Assembly: GCA_963713435.1 (NCBI GenBank)
Contig: CAVQLU010000007.1
Location: forward strand, 601,960-665,959
From: an uncultured Actinomycetes bacterium
Lineage (GTDB): Bacteria; Actinomycetota; Thermoleophilia; Gaiellales; JALYLC01
DNA: 64,000 nt
Direction: 5' to 3'
Shown here piece after piece: positions 1-10,691 of this stretch. Numbering within the stretch: the stretch's first letter is position 1; each line of letters begins with the position of its first letter. Both the position numbers and the translations under genes were made by a program. Under the pieces are notes generated by a model that did no database searches, had not been told where the DNA came from, and was given only the letters and a program-made list of their open reading frames with translations.

Positions 1-1168
1 CGCGAGCACCTCGCTGCCGTCGTCGCCCTGCCACACGAGCGTGTGGTGCTCGGGCCGGTTGAAGCGGTTCCAGGAGAGCTTCTGGGTGAGGAAGCGCGTG
101 ATGCCGGCCTCGCGCAGGATCTGCGGCAGCTGCCCCGCGTAGCCGAAGGCGTCCGGGCTCCAGAACTCGCGATGGCGCCGCCCGAACTCGCGCTCGAACC
201 AGCGCTGGCCGTACAGGAACTGGCGCGCGAGCGACTCGCCCGAGGGCAGGTTGCAGTCGGGCTCGACCCAGCTGCCGCCGACGGGGACGAACTGCCCCCG
301 CTCGACGGCGGCGCGGATCCGCTGCCAGAGATCGGGATTGCGCTCCTTGATCCAGGCGTACTGCTGGGCCTGCGAGCAGGCGAAGCGGTACTCGGGGTAG
401 TCCTCCATGTAGCGGAGCTGCGAGCTGAAGCTGCGCTGCATCTTGCGGTAGGTCTCGGCCAGCGGCCACAGCCAGGCGGTGTCGATGTGCGCATGCCCGA
501 TCGCCGCGAGCTCGTGCGCGTGCGAGGCGCGATGCGGTGCTCGTAGGAGCGCGGCCAGGATGGCCGGATCGCCCTCGTTGCAGAAGCGGTTCAGCTCCTC
601 GCGCAGCAGGCCCGACCAGGCCTCGTCGCGCGTCTCGACCTCGAGCGCGCGGAGCGTCTCGAAGTCGAAGTAGCGCTGTTGCGCCTCGGGATCGAAGAGT
701 GCGATGTCGCAGCGCTTCAGCTCGGGCGGCGCGTCCTGGGCGCCGAACATCCCGTTGCAGGCGAGCTCGATCTGCAGCTCGAGCGGCCCGGGCTCTGCAC
801 TCCGCGGCCAGCACGGCGTCGGGCCGCTCGCCGTCGCCGCCCGTGTTCAGCCCCTGCAGGATGCGGCCGTCGCGCCAGAGCGCCGCCTCGCACTGCGAGA
901 CGAAGAGCAGGTCGACGCGACGCCCGCGCCACTCCTCCGGCACGGTCGCGCGAACGCGGAACCAGTACGTCGCCCAGAGCGGCCCGAAGCGCTCGCCCAG
1001 CACGGCGGGCCGGTAGTCGAGCGCCTGCGCCTCCTCCCAGGAGATGCGGTCGACCGCCGCGCTCACGAGCACGTCGTCGGCGGGGCGCGATTCTGCATAG
1101 ATGCGCTCGCGCATGCGCTCCGAGATCTGCTCGAGCCGCTCGCGCGTGTAGCCGAGGTGGCGGATCAC
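1..1168 (-). pseudogene. GH38 alpha-mannosidase, N-terminal part. The gene runs off the window at position 1, and there is one frame switch near 790-800.
   Basis: Reverse-strand translation gives WATYWFRVRATVPEEW, then HAHIDTAWLWP, GGSWVEPDCNLPSGESL and FWSPDAFGY, which are GH38 catalytic-domain signatures. The GTG at 1168 overlaps the stop of the upstream GNAT (GTGA). It is absent from the ORF track because it has no stop inside the window. Confidence 0.8.
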
Positions 1169-1658
1169 GAGGGGAGTCCCGGGTTCGCGAGCACCACCGA
1201 GGTCTCGATCTGCCGCTCGGGGATATCCCAGTAGGTCTTCAGCAGGCGCGTCTTCTGCTCGGGCGTCACCAGCTCGAAGCCGTTGCGCCGGTAGAAGGCG
1301 ATCGCCCACTCGGCGGCCGCCCAGGTACCGACCAGCATGCGCCCCTCCGTCAGCTCCCGCAGGTGCGTCGAGCAGCGCGCCGCCGATGCCGCCGCCCTGG
1401 CGGCCGGGTCGCACGTAGGCGTGGCGGATGAGGTCGGCGTCGCCGACGCGCTGGATGCCCATCACGCCGATCAGCTCGCCGGCCGACTCGTAGCCCCAGA
1501 ACGCGACGCCGCTCGCGAGCTCGCCGTCGAGCTCCTCGGCGCCCATGTACGGCTCGTGCCAGCGATCGGCGGGGATCACGCCGCGGTAGGCCTCGGCGGC
1601 GGCGTTGATGATCTCGAGGACGGCCTCGCGCTCGTCGTCGCGGCACGGGCCGGATCAC
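1165..1658 (-). pseudogene. GNAT family N-acetyltransferase with two frame switches (about 1645 and about 1375).
   Basis: Blocks read VIRP / CRDDEREAVLEIINAAAEAYRGVIP ... IRHAYVRPGRQGGGIGGALL (acetyl-CoA motif RxxGxG), then HLRELTEGRMLVGTWAAAEWAIAFYRRNGFELV in another frame. Start and stop both overlap neighbours as GTGA. Confidence 0.75.
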
Positions 1659-2520
1659 GAGGAGCCCGCCATCACGCTCGTGATGCGCCGGTTGAGGAAC
1701 AGCGCGAGCAGGGCGGGCGGCAGCAGGGCGAGCACGCCGGCGGCCGCCAGGATCGGGTAGTTCGTCGTGTACTTGCCCACGTATTCGGTGATCAGCACGG
1801 TCACGGGCTTCGAGTTCGAGGTCGAGGTCAGGAGCAGCGGGATCAGGAACTCGCCCCAGACCGACAGCGCAACGATGGCAGCGACGGCGGCGATCGCCGA
1901 GCCCATCTGCGGCACGACGACGCGCAGGAACGCCTGCCAGCGCCGGCAGCCGTCGACCAGCGCGGCCTCCTCCGGCCCGGTGTCCATCTCGCGCACGTGG
2001 TTGTAGAGGAGCCAGGTCGCGAGCGGCGAGAGCGTCGCCAGGAAGACGAGCGTGAGGCCGCGCTTGGTGTCGATCAGGTGCAGGTCGGCCATGACCTGGA
2101 AGAGCGTCACGGCGACCACGAAGACCGGCACGAGCATCGTCGCGAGCACGGCGTAGAAGAGCGTCCGCCCGAGCCGGAAGCGCAGGCGGCCGAAGGCGTA
2201 CGCGGCCATCGTGGAGACGATCAGGATGAGGGCGGTCGCCATGGCCGCGACCTCGGTGCTCACCAGCATCGCGTGGCTGAAGACGCCTGCCTCGGTCACG
2301 GTGCCGCCCGCGCGCGCCGCCGCTCGTGCCCAGCAGGAGCTGCCGGTAGGCCTCCGTCGTCAGCTCGTGCGGCACCCAGCGCGCGGGCACCGCGCGCACG
2401 TCCTTCTGGCTCGAGAGGCTCGTGACGACCCCGATCACGATCGGGCCGAGCGACCAGGCCACGATCCAGAGGATCGAGACGCCACTTGACGATGCGCCCG
2501 GCGAGCGTCGGATCGTTCAC
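1655..2520 (-). pseudogene. Carbohydrate ABC transporter permease (CUT1, MalG-like) with two frame switches in the first 250 nt.
   Basis: VNDPTLAGRIVKWRL / SILWIVAWSLGPIVIGVVTSLSSQKD... / then the 214-aa ORF 1655..2299, which carries the EAA loop (PEEAALVDGCRRWQAFLRVVVP) and TM segments. Confidence 0.8.
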
Positions 2521-3399
2521 TCTCGTCGACCTCCGCAGGCCGATCACGTAGAACGTCCCGAGCACGGCCGTCGCGCCGGCGAGCAGGAACGCGAGCGCCG
2601 TGCCGTGCGCGAAGTCGGCCTCGACGAACGTGGTCGTGTAGACCTGGATCAGGATCGAGCGCGTGTTGAGCGCCGTGCCGTTGAGCACGTAGACCTCGTC
2701 GAAGATCGCGATCGCGAGCAGCGTGCCGATCGTCAGCGCGACGGCCATCGAGGGCCGCAGCAGCGGCAGCGTGATGTAGCGGAACTGGCGCCAGCCGCCC
2801 GCGCCGTCCACCGACGAGGCGTTGTAGAGCTCCTCCGGGATGCTCTGCAGGCCCGCCAGGAAGATCAGGCTGACCAGCGGCAGCACGCCCCAGACGTGCA
2901 CGATCGTGACGAACGCGATCGCCCAGCGGCCGCCCGCGAGCCAGACGTGCGGCTCGTTGATCAGGTGCAGGTGGATCAGGAGGCTGTTGAGCAGGCCGTT
3001 GTCGGGGTCGAAGACGCGCTTCCAGAGCACGCCGCTGACCACCGACGGCAGCGCCCAGGGCAGCACCAGGATCGCGAGCACGATGCCGCGCCCCGGGAAG
3101 ATGCGGCGCAGCGTGACCGCGATGAAGACGCCGAGCACGAGCTCCAGCGAGACCGCCAGCAGCACGTATTCGAACGTGTGCCGGATGGCGTCGATCGCCG
3201 TCGGGTCGTCGATGACCTGCCGGTAGTTGCGCAGGCCGACGTAGCGCTGCGGCTGGCCGAACTGGCCCGACGACATGACGCTCGTCTGGAAGCCCTTGAC
3301 GAGCGGGTAGACGATCAGCCCGCCGACCGCGACCACGGCCGGCAGCACCATCAGCAGTCCGAGTGCAGCCGACTCGTGGGCGCGGAACCAGCCCCTCAC
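2517..3399 (-). CDS. Carbohydrate ABC transporter permease (CUT1, MalF-like).
   Basis: The first roughly 295 aa of ORF 2296..3399 show six TM-like stretches and an EAA-type loop (ELYNASSVDGAGGWRQFRYITLPLLRP). The expected stop (TGA at 2517-2519, GTGA overlap with the next gene) is out of frame, so a late indel is likely. Confidence 0.8.
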
Positions 3400-3417
3400 G
3401 CGTTCAGAGGCAGACGG

Positions 3418-4727
3418 TCATGTGCCGGCGTGGATCATGCGCTGGCGTGCGTCTGTGGCCTTCTGCGCGAGCTGGTTGAGGGCGTCCGAGACGCTCATCT
3501 GGCCCTTCACCGCCGCGTTGAGCAGGCCCTGCGCGTCGGAGCTGAACTGCGAGTACCAGACCGGCGCGCCCTGCGGGAAGAGCGGCTTGACGACCTTCAG
3601 CTGCTGCGCCGAGCACCGGGCCGCCGGCCAGCTGGCCCGAGCCCGCGAGCTGCTTGATGACCGAGGCGCCGCAGGGCAGGTTGCCTTCCTTCTTGTAGAT
3701 CGGATCGCGTTGGCCGGCTTCTGCCACCACTCGATGAAGGCGGCCGCGGCGGCCTTGTGCTTGGCCGTGACCGGGATCGAGAGACCCTCGGGCAGGCCGA
3801 ACGACGCGTTCGGGCCGGTGGCGCCCGGCACGAGCGCGGCCGCCGCCGGAGCCGGCGATGCTCGACTCCTTCGGGTCGTTCGCCGTCACGAGGTTGCCGG
3901 GGCCGGTCGCGAGCACGATGGCGGTCTGGCCGGCGGTGAACTTGTCGAAGGCGGCGGCGTCGTCGAGCGAGACGGCGCCGGGCGAGACCCAGCCCTTCTT
4001 GACGGCCAGGGCCTCCCACTGCAGCGCCTTGTAGCCGGCCGAGCCGGGCTGCTGGAAGGTCGGCTTGAAGTTCTTGTCGAACAGCTGGCCGCCGTTGGCG
4101 AGCGTCAGCAGGTACCACGGCGTGACGCCGCCCTCGGTCGCCGCCATGGGGATCGAGAGCGGGTACTTGACGCCCGAGGCCTTGAGCTTCTCGGCGGCCT
4201 GCGCCGAGCCCGGCGAGCGTGGTCGGGAACTTCTTGATGCCCGCCTTGGCGAACATCTTCTTGTTGTAGATCGAGATGCGGAAGTCGTTGGAGAAGCAGG
4301 CCGCGTAGGTCTTGCCGCCCGACTTGAAGGCCGCGCCCGTGCTCGCGAGGTCCTTCAGCAGCGGCGCCGGGAGCAGCCCCTCGAGCGGCTCGACCCACTT
4401 GGCGCCGGCGAACTGGCCCGTGAACGACCAGTCGAACTCGGCCACGTCGGCGATGTAGGTGCGCGCGGTGTTGGCGACGACGAGCTTGGAGTGCGTCGCG
4501 TCCCAGCCGGTCACGACGTAGTTGACCTTGACGCCGGTCGCCTTCGTGAACGCCGCGATGACCTCGGGCGGAATCCGGTAGGGCACGAGCACGGTGATCG
4601 TCTGGCCGCGGATGTCCTCGCGGGCCCTCGTGTCCTTCGCGCCGGCGGTCGTGCCGCCGGTCACGGCGAGTACCGCGAGAACCGCCATCGCCGCCATCGC
4701 CGCCAAGCGACGCTGCAACCTGTTCAT
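3418..4727 (-). pseudogene. Extracellular solute-binding protein of the sugar ABC transporter, with about four frame switches.
   Basis: An ATG at 4727 follows GGAGGAAG. A signal peptide MNRLQRRLAAMAAMAVLAVLAVTGG is present. Conserved SBP blocks alternate between the frames of ORFs 3597..4985, 3404..4147 and 3418..3831. Confidence 0.8.
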
Positions 4728-4800
4728 TCTTCCTCCGCGCACACGCCTCTGCGAGCTCGTCGCAGGAGCCGCTGGGGTTGGTCCTGCTCGCTCGACGATT

Positions 4801-6776
4801 GTGGGTGGCGATACTACGAGAGCCTTGGAGGGAATACAACGGAACGGACCCGGCGTCCACCCGCTCGATCCGCTGACGGCGACGGAAGTCGCCGCGGTGT
4901 CGTCGATCGTGCGCTCGCACGCGGAGTTCGCAGCGCTCAGCGAGCGCACGCGCTTCATCTCCATCAGCCTGCGCGAGCCGCTCAAGGCTGACGTGCTGGC
5001 CTGGGCGGCCGGCGGCGAGGCCCCGCCCCGCGAGGCCGAGGTGGTGATCCTCGACCAGGGCGCCCAGGCGACGGTCGAGGCGCTGGTCGCGCTCGAGCCC
5101 GCCGCCGTGACCTCCTGGCGTGCGGCGGACCGACATCCAGCCGATGGCGGTCATCTCGGAGCTGATGGAGGCCGAGGAGCTCGTGCGGCTCCACCCCGAG
5201 TTCCAGGCAGCGATGGCGCGGCGCGGCATCACCGACTTCGACGCCATCCAGGTCGACGCCTGGCCCGCCGGGCACTTCGGCGCCGCGGAGGAGGACGGCC
5301 GGCGGCTCTCGCGCTGCGTCGCGTTCATCAAGCCGCACCCCGGCGACAGCGAGTGGGCGCGCCCGGTCGACGGCCTGATCGCCCTCGTCGACCTCAACCG
5401 GCTCGAGGTGCTGCGCGTCGACGACCACGGCGTCGTGCCGATCCCGGCCGAGAGCGGCAACTACGACGCGGCGGCCGGCGCGCCGCTGCGCGACGACATC
5501 GCGCCGCTCGAGATCACGCAGCCCGACGGGCCGGGCTTCGCGCTCGACGGCCGCGTGCTGTCGTGGCAGCGCTGGCAGGTGCACGTCGGCTTCACGCCGC
5601 GCGAGGGCCTCGTGCTCAACCAGGTCGCCTACGAGGACGACGGCCGGCTGCGCTCGATCCTCTACCGCGCCTCGCTCTCGGAGATGGTCGTGCCCTACGG
5701 CGATCCGAGCCCGAGCCACTACTGGAAGAACGCCTTCGACGGCGGCGAGAACGGCGTCGGCATCGCCGCCTCGCCGCTCACGCGCGGCTGCGACTGCCTG
5801 GGCGAGATCGTCTACCTCGACGCCGTCGTCTCGGACGCAGCGGGCGATCCGCTGCCCATCCCGAACGCGATCTGCATCCACGAGGAGGACGCCGGCGTGC
5901 TCTGGCGGCACATCGAGTGGCGCGACGGCTCGGGCGAGGTGCGGCGCTCGCGCAGGCTCGTCATCTCGTCGTTCTCGGCCATCGGGAACTACGACTACGG
6001 CTTCTTCTGGTACCTCTACCAGGACGGCACGATCGCCTTCGAGGTCAAGCTCACGGGCGTGCTCTCGACCGGCGCGGTGGCGCCGGGCGAGCGGCCGGCG
6101 CACGGCACGCTGGTCGCTCCCGGGCTCAACGCGATGGTGCACCAGCACTTCTTCAACATGCGCCTCGATCTCGACATCGACGGCCAGGCGAACGGCGTCG
6201 ACGAGGTCTGGACCGAGTCGCTGCCGCCGGGTCCCGGCAATCCCGTACGGCAACGCCTTCAGCCCGCGCCGGCGGCGGCTCGCGAGCGAGCTCGAGGCGC
6301 GGCGCCGGGTCGACACCGCCTCGGCGCGCTGGTGGGAGATCGTCAATCCGTCGATCCTCCACCGCCTCGGCGAGCCGATCGGCTACCGCCTCCTGCCGGG
6401 CGAGACGACGTTCGCCTTCGCGCAGCCCGACGCTCCCGTGAGCAAGCGCGCCGGCTTCATCCGCGAGCACCTGTGGGTCACGCCCTACCGGCCCGACGAG
6501 CGCTACGCCGCCGGCGAGTACCCGAACATGCACCCCGGCGGCGCCGGCCTGCCCGAGTGGACGAGCGCCGACCGGCCGATCGACGGCGAGGACGTCGTCG
6601 TCTGGTACACGTTCGGCCACCATCACGTCCCGCGGCCCGAGGACTGGCCGATCATGCCGGTCACGACCGCCGGCTTCCTGCTCAAGCCGGTCGGCTTCTT
6701 CGAGCGCAATCCGTCGCTCGACGTGCCGCCCTCCACGCCACATTCGGATCACTGCCAACCCGGGAGCAGCACGTGA
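4801..6776 (+). pseudogene. Copper-containing primary amine oxidase (TPQ cofactor). Frame switches lie near 5110 and 6245, and the start is uncertain.
   Basis: It is collinear with Arthrobacter-type amine oxidase. Matching blocks include the TPQ consensus SAIGNYDYGFFWYLY, VVPYGDPSP, the His ligands HQHFFNMRLD, and the C-terminal block HLWVTPYRPDERYAAGEYPN...WPIMPV (ORF 6438..6776). Confidence 0.85.
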
Positions 6777-7488
6777 GCACAGTCGAGGGGCGCGTCGCGC
6801 TCATCACGGGAGCCAGCAGCGGCATCGGCGCCGCGACCGCCGCGTCGCTCGCCGCGCAGGGCGCGAAGGTCGCGCTGGCCTCGCGCCGCGGCAGCGACGA
6901 GGGCATCGCCGGAGCGCTCGCGCGCTCCTGCGACGTGCGCGACCCGCAGCAGATCGAGCAGCTGGTGGCCGAGACCGTCGAGCGCTTCGGAGGCCTCGAC
7001 ATCGTCGTCGCGAACGCCGGCGTCGGCGCCTACGGCGACTTCCTCGACATCTCGCCCGAGCACCTCGAGGAGATGATCGACGTCAACGTGAAGGGCCTGC
7101 ATGTACACGGTGCGGGCCTGCCTGCCGCACCTGCTTGCAGAGCTCTGCGGCCGATCTCGTCCTGGTCGCCTCGATCGCAGGGCAGCGCGCGCCCGAGGGC
7201 GAGTCCGTGTACGCGGCGTCCAAGTTCGCGCAGGTCGGGTTCATGCGCTCGCTCGACCACGAGCTGCACCGGCGCGGCGTGCGCTGCTCGACGATCGCCC
7301 CCGGCGGCGTCTGGACCGAGTTCGCCATGGGCGAGGGCCGCGGGCGCACGCCCGAGGACGCCGACCTGCCGGGGATGATGCGCGCCCAGGAGATCGCCGA
7401 CGCCGTCGTGCACGCCGTCACGCGGCCGCGCACGCATCGCGTGCTGGAGGCGACGATCCTGCCCATGAGCGACGACTCGATGAACTGA
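6773..7488 (+). pseudogene. Short-chain dehydrogenase/reductase with two frame switches (7095-7140).
   Basis: TGASSGIGAATA (TGxxxGxG), NAGV and YAASK (YxxxK). The GTG overlaps the amine oxidase stop (GTGA). Confidence 0.8.
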
Positions 7489-7502
7489 AGCGAGAGGAAT
7501 CG

Positions 7503-8838
7503 ATGGGACCGAAGGTCACGATCATCGGCGGGGGCAGCAGCAGCTTCGTGCCGGTGCTGATCCGCCGCCTCATGCAGTCCGAGGCGCTCGAGGCTGCGCG
7601 GGTCTCGCTCATGGACATCGACGAGGGCCGACTGGGCGTGATGCAGGCGCTCGCCGACAAGCTGATCGCGAGCGAAGGCAGCGACATCCGGGTCACGAGC
7701 ACGCTCGATCAGCGCGAGGCGCTCGTGGGCGCCGACTTCGTGATCGCGGCGATCGCCGAGGGCGGCATGGACGCCTGGGCCAACGACCTCGAGATCCCGG
7801 GCCGCTACGGCATCGTCATGCACGTCGGCGACTCGATCGGGCCGGGCGGGATCATGCGCGCCTTCCGCAACGCGCCGGCGCTGGCGCAGGTCGCCCGCAA
7901 CGCGGCCGAGGTCGCGCCCGAACGCCTACATCTTCAACTACACGAACCCGGCGCCGATCGAGGCGCTCGCCATGCGCACCGCCGCCCCGGGCGTGAAGTC
8001 GTTCGGGCTCTGCTCCTGCGCCGCGCACGCCAGCAGCCGCGAGTGGCTGGCGAGCCAGGCGGGCGTCAAGCCCGAGGAGATCGCGATGCCGCCCGTCGTC
8101 GCGGGGATCAACCACTGCGCGTCGATCCAGTCGCTGCGGCTGCTGGACGGCACCGACGCCATGCCGCGCGTGCTGGCGCGCGCGACCCAGCCGGTCGTCA
8201 AGTGGGCGCTCGAGACCTACGGCGTGCTGCCCTACTGCTGGACGCACTGGACGGAGTTCTTCCCGCAGATGCAGCGGCTCGAGGAGCCCTACTCGGGCAC
8301 GGCCCAGGGCGTGAAGATGCGCTACGGCATCAGACGCACGACATGGACTACGAGCGCGCCCGCGTGGCCGGGACTCGAGGGCCTCGCCGCGGCCTGGACG
8401 GCGCCCGGCGCCGACCCGATCACGCTCGCCGACCTGCCCGTCGGCGACGAGGACGAGGGCATCGAGGTGATCGACATCATCGAGTCCATCGTGACCAACG
8501 GCAACATCACGCGCGTCGTGATCGCGCCCAACAACGGCGCGATCCCGAACCTGCCCGACGCCGCGATCGTCGAGGTCAACGCGCAGATCAACGCCTACGG
8601 CGTGCGGCCGATCCACACCGGGCCGCTGCCCGAGGCGCTGGCGGCCCACCTGCGCCACTACGTCAGCTTCCAGCAGCACGTCGTCAAGGCCGCGCTCTCG
8701 GGCGATCGCAAGGCGGCGCTGCACGCGTTCCTGCTGGATCCGACGACGCAGTCGCACCTCGACCTCGACCAGACGCAGGCGCTGCTCGACGAGATGCTCG
8801 AGGCGAACAGGCAGTACCTGCCGCTCTTCGAGCGCTAG
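7503..8838 (+). pseudogene. GH4 family NAD/Mn-dependent glycosidase. There is a frame switch near 7920 and possibly a short excursion near 8335.
   Basis: MGPKVTIIGGGSSSFVP is an N-terminal Rossmann motif. FNYTNPAP, GLCSC and the C-terminal half (ORF 7972..8838) follow. GAGAGGAA lies upstream of the ATG. Confidence 0.75.
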
Positions 8839-8847
8839 CCTGGCGCG

Positions 8848-9620
8848 GTGGACGCGCCGGATGCATGGGACGTCAACGCCGCGTACTGGGACGCCTACAT
8901 GGGCGACGACGGCAACGAATGGCACCTGCGGCTGATCCGCCCGGGGTCGAGCGGCTGCTCGGGCCGGTCGCGGGCCAGCGCGTGCTCGACGTCGCCTGCG
9001 GCAACGGGCTCTACGCGCGGCGGCTGATCGAGCTGGGCGCCGCGCACGTCACGGCGACCGACGTCTCGGAGCCGATGCTGGAGCACGCGCGTCGCCGCAG
9101 CACAGGGGCCGGCGCGGGCATCGAGTACCGGCGCTGCGACGTCACCGACGGCGAGGCGCTGCTCGCGCTCGGCGAGGGAGCGTTCGACGCGGTCGTCTGC
9201 AACATGGCCCTGATGGACGTCCCCGAGATCGCCCCGCTGGCGGCGTCCCTGCCGTCGCTCCTGGCGGCGAACGGCCGTTTCGTCTTCTCGATCACGCACC
9301 CCTGCTTCAACCGGCTCGCGACGCGGTTCGTGGCAGAGGCCGAGTACGAGGCCGGCGTCCTCGTGTCCCGTCACGGTGTCTTCATGTCCCGCTACCTGAC
9401 GGCGGAGAGCGGCGAGGGCGTGGCGATCCACGGGCAGCCCGCCAACCAGCTCTACTTCGACCGGCCGCTCTCGCAGCTGCTCGCGCCCTTCTTCGCGGCC
9501 GGCCTGGCGCTCGACGGGATCGAGGAGCCCGCCTTCCCGGAGGGCGAGGAAGCGGACGGCCTCGGCTGGAGGACGACTCCCGAGCTGCCTCCGTTCCTCG
9601 TCGCGCGGCTGCGCCGATGA
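8848..9620 (+). pseudogene. Class I SAM-dependent methyltransferase with one frame switch near 8940, in a G-run.
   Basis: VLDVACGNGLYARRL is SAM motif I, and DAVVCNMALMD is also present. The N-terminus VDAPDAWDVNAAYWDAYMGDDGNEWH is in a different frame. Confidence 0.75.
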
Positions 9621-10414
9621 GCTCGCTCACGGTCTGCATCTCGGGCGCGCTCGGAGCGATCGGGCGCGAGCTCGTCCCGGCCGTCGTGGCGGCCGACGAT
9701 TTCTCGCTGCAGTCGGCGGTCGCGCGGCGCGAGCTCGGCCGCGACATCGGCGAGGCGCTCGGCGGCGCGGCGCTCGGCGTGCCGATCGAAGACGACATCG
9801 AGCGAGCGCTGGATCGCCGCCCGGACGTGCTGATCGACTACACGCACCCGGCCGTCGTGCGCCGCCACGTCGCACTCGCGCTGGAGCGGCGCGTGCCCGT
9901 CGTGATCGGCACCACCGGCCTGTTCGACGACGACTTCGCCGAGATCGACGCGGCCGCTCGCGCGGCAGGCGTGGGCGTGGCGACGGGCAACTTCTCGCTC
10001 ACCGCGGCCCTCCTGCAGCACCTCGGCCGCATCGCGGCGCGCCACGTCCCGCACTTCGAGGTGATCGAGCAGGGAGCAGCAGCGAAGCCGGACGTGCCGA
10101 GCGGCACGGCCCGCGAGCTCGCGGAGATCCTCGCCCGCGAACGCGCATCACAACCCGCAGCCGGCCCCGATCTGATCGGCCCGCCCGAGGCGCGAGGAGC
10201 GGAGATCGCGGGCGTCCCGGTCCACTCCCTCCGCCTCCCCGGAACGAGCCCGACCGTCGAAGTGATCTTCGGAGCCCCCGGCGAACGCCTGACAATCCGC
10301 CACGAAGAACAAAACGACCCCTCGATCTTCGTAATGGGAACCCTCCTGGCAGCCCGCCGAGTCCAGACGAAGTCAGGCCTGACAAGAGGCCTCGACTCCC
10401 TCCTCTTCGAGTAA
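9617..10414 (+). CDS. Dihydrodipicolinate reductase (DapB) family protein, non-canonical.
   Basis: This is an intact 265-aa ORF. It has the N-terminal GALGAIGRE Rossmann motif, VVIGTTG and KPDVPSGTAREL (the DapB substrate-binding block, but without the usual HH pair). The ATGA start overlaps the upstream stop. Confidence 0.75.
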   Translation: MSSLTVCISGALGAIGRELVPAVVAADDFSLQSAVARRELGRDIGEALGGAALGVPIEDDIERALDRRPDVLIDYTHPAVVRRHVALALERRVPVVIGTTGLFDDDFAEIDAAARAAGVGVATGNFSLTAALLQHLGRIAARHVPHFEVIEQGAAAKPDVPSGTARELAEILARERASQPAAGPDLIGPPEARGAEIAGVPVHSLRLPGTSPTVEVIFGAPGERLTIRHEEQNDPSIFVMGTLLAARRVQTKSGLTRGLDSLLFE

Positions 10415-10436
10415 CGACCACGCTTTGAGTGCACAA

Positions 10437-10683
10437 CCAGGGTCTGGCGCGTCCAGGCGGGGTCTGACCCCAGGTGTACGGGTCTGACCCCGCCTGTCCG
10501 TTTTGGCCTCTAGGCCAGTCGGCATGCCGGAAATGCCGCCCCGGCGGCCACGCTGACGAGCGACGCGCCTCGATCGCCAGAACGAGCCGAACGGCCTCAA
10601 ACGGCTTGGTTAAGCGAAACGGACACCTGGGGTCAGACCCGTACACCTGGGGTCAGGCCCGGACTGGACGCGCCAGACCCCAG
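10437..10683. repeat. Palindromic non-coding element: roughly 63-bp inverted arms, each an array of three GGGTC(W)GACCC units at 20-bp phasing.
   Basis: Unit cores start at 10440, 10460 and 10480 on the left arm. They start at 10630, 10650 and 10670 on the right arm. The arms are about 85-90 percent reverse-complementary. The element fills the gap between convergent genes (stops at 10414 and 10692). Confidence 0.85.
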
Positions 10684-10691
10684 ATGTTCGG

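Noticed and set aside
7101-9620. An 839-aa plus-strand ORF.
   Set aside because: This is not one gene. The frame stays open only because of GC richness. It contains the true frame of part of the SDR, the first third of the GH4 gene and most of the methyltransferase. These are joined by Arg/Ala/Pro-rich off-frame translation.
10437-10683. A CRISPR array reading of the phased repeats (also 29888-30152).
   Set aside because: The units are 11-bp palindromes with 9-nt spacers, and there are only three per arm. The spacers are themselves mirrored or repeated. No cas genes are present. This geometry is incompatible with CRISPR.
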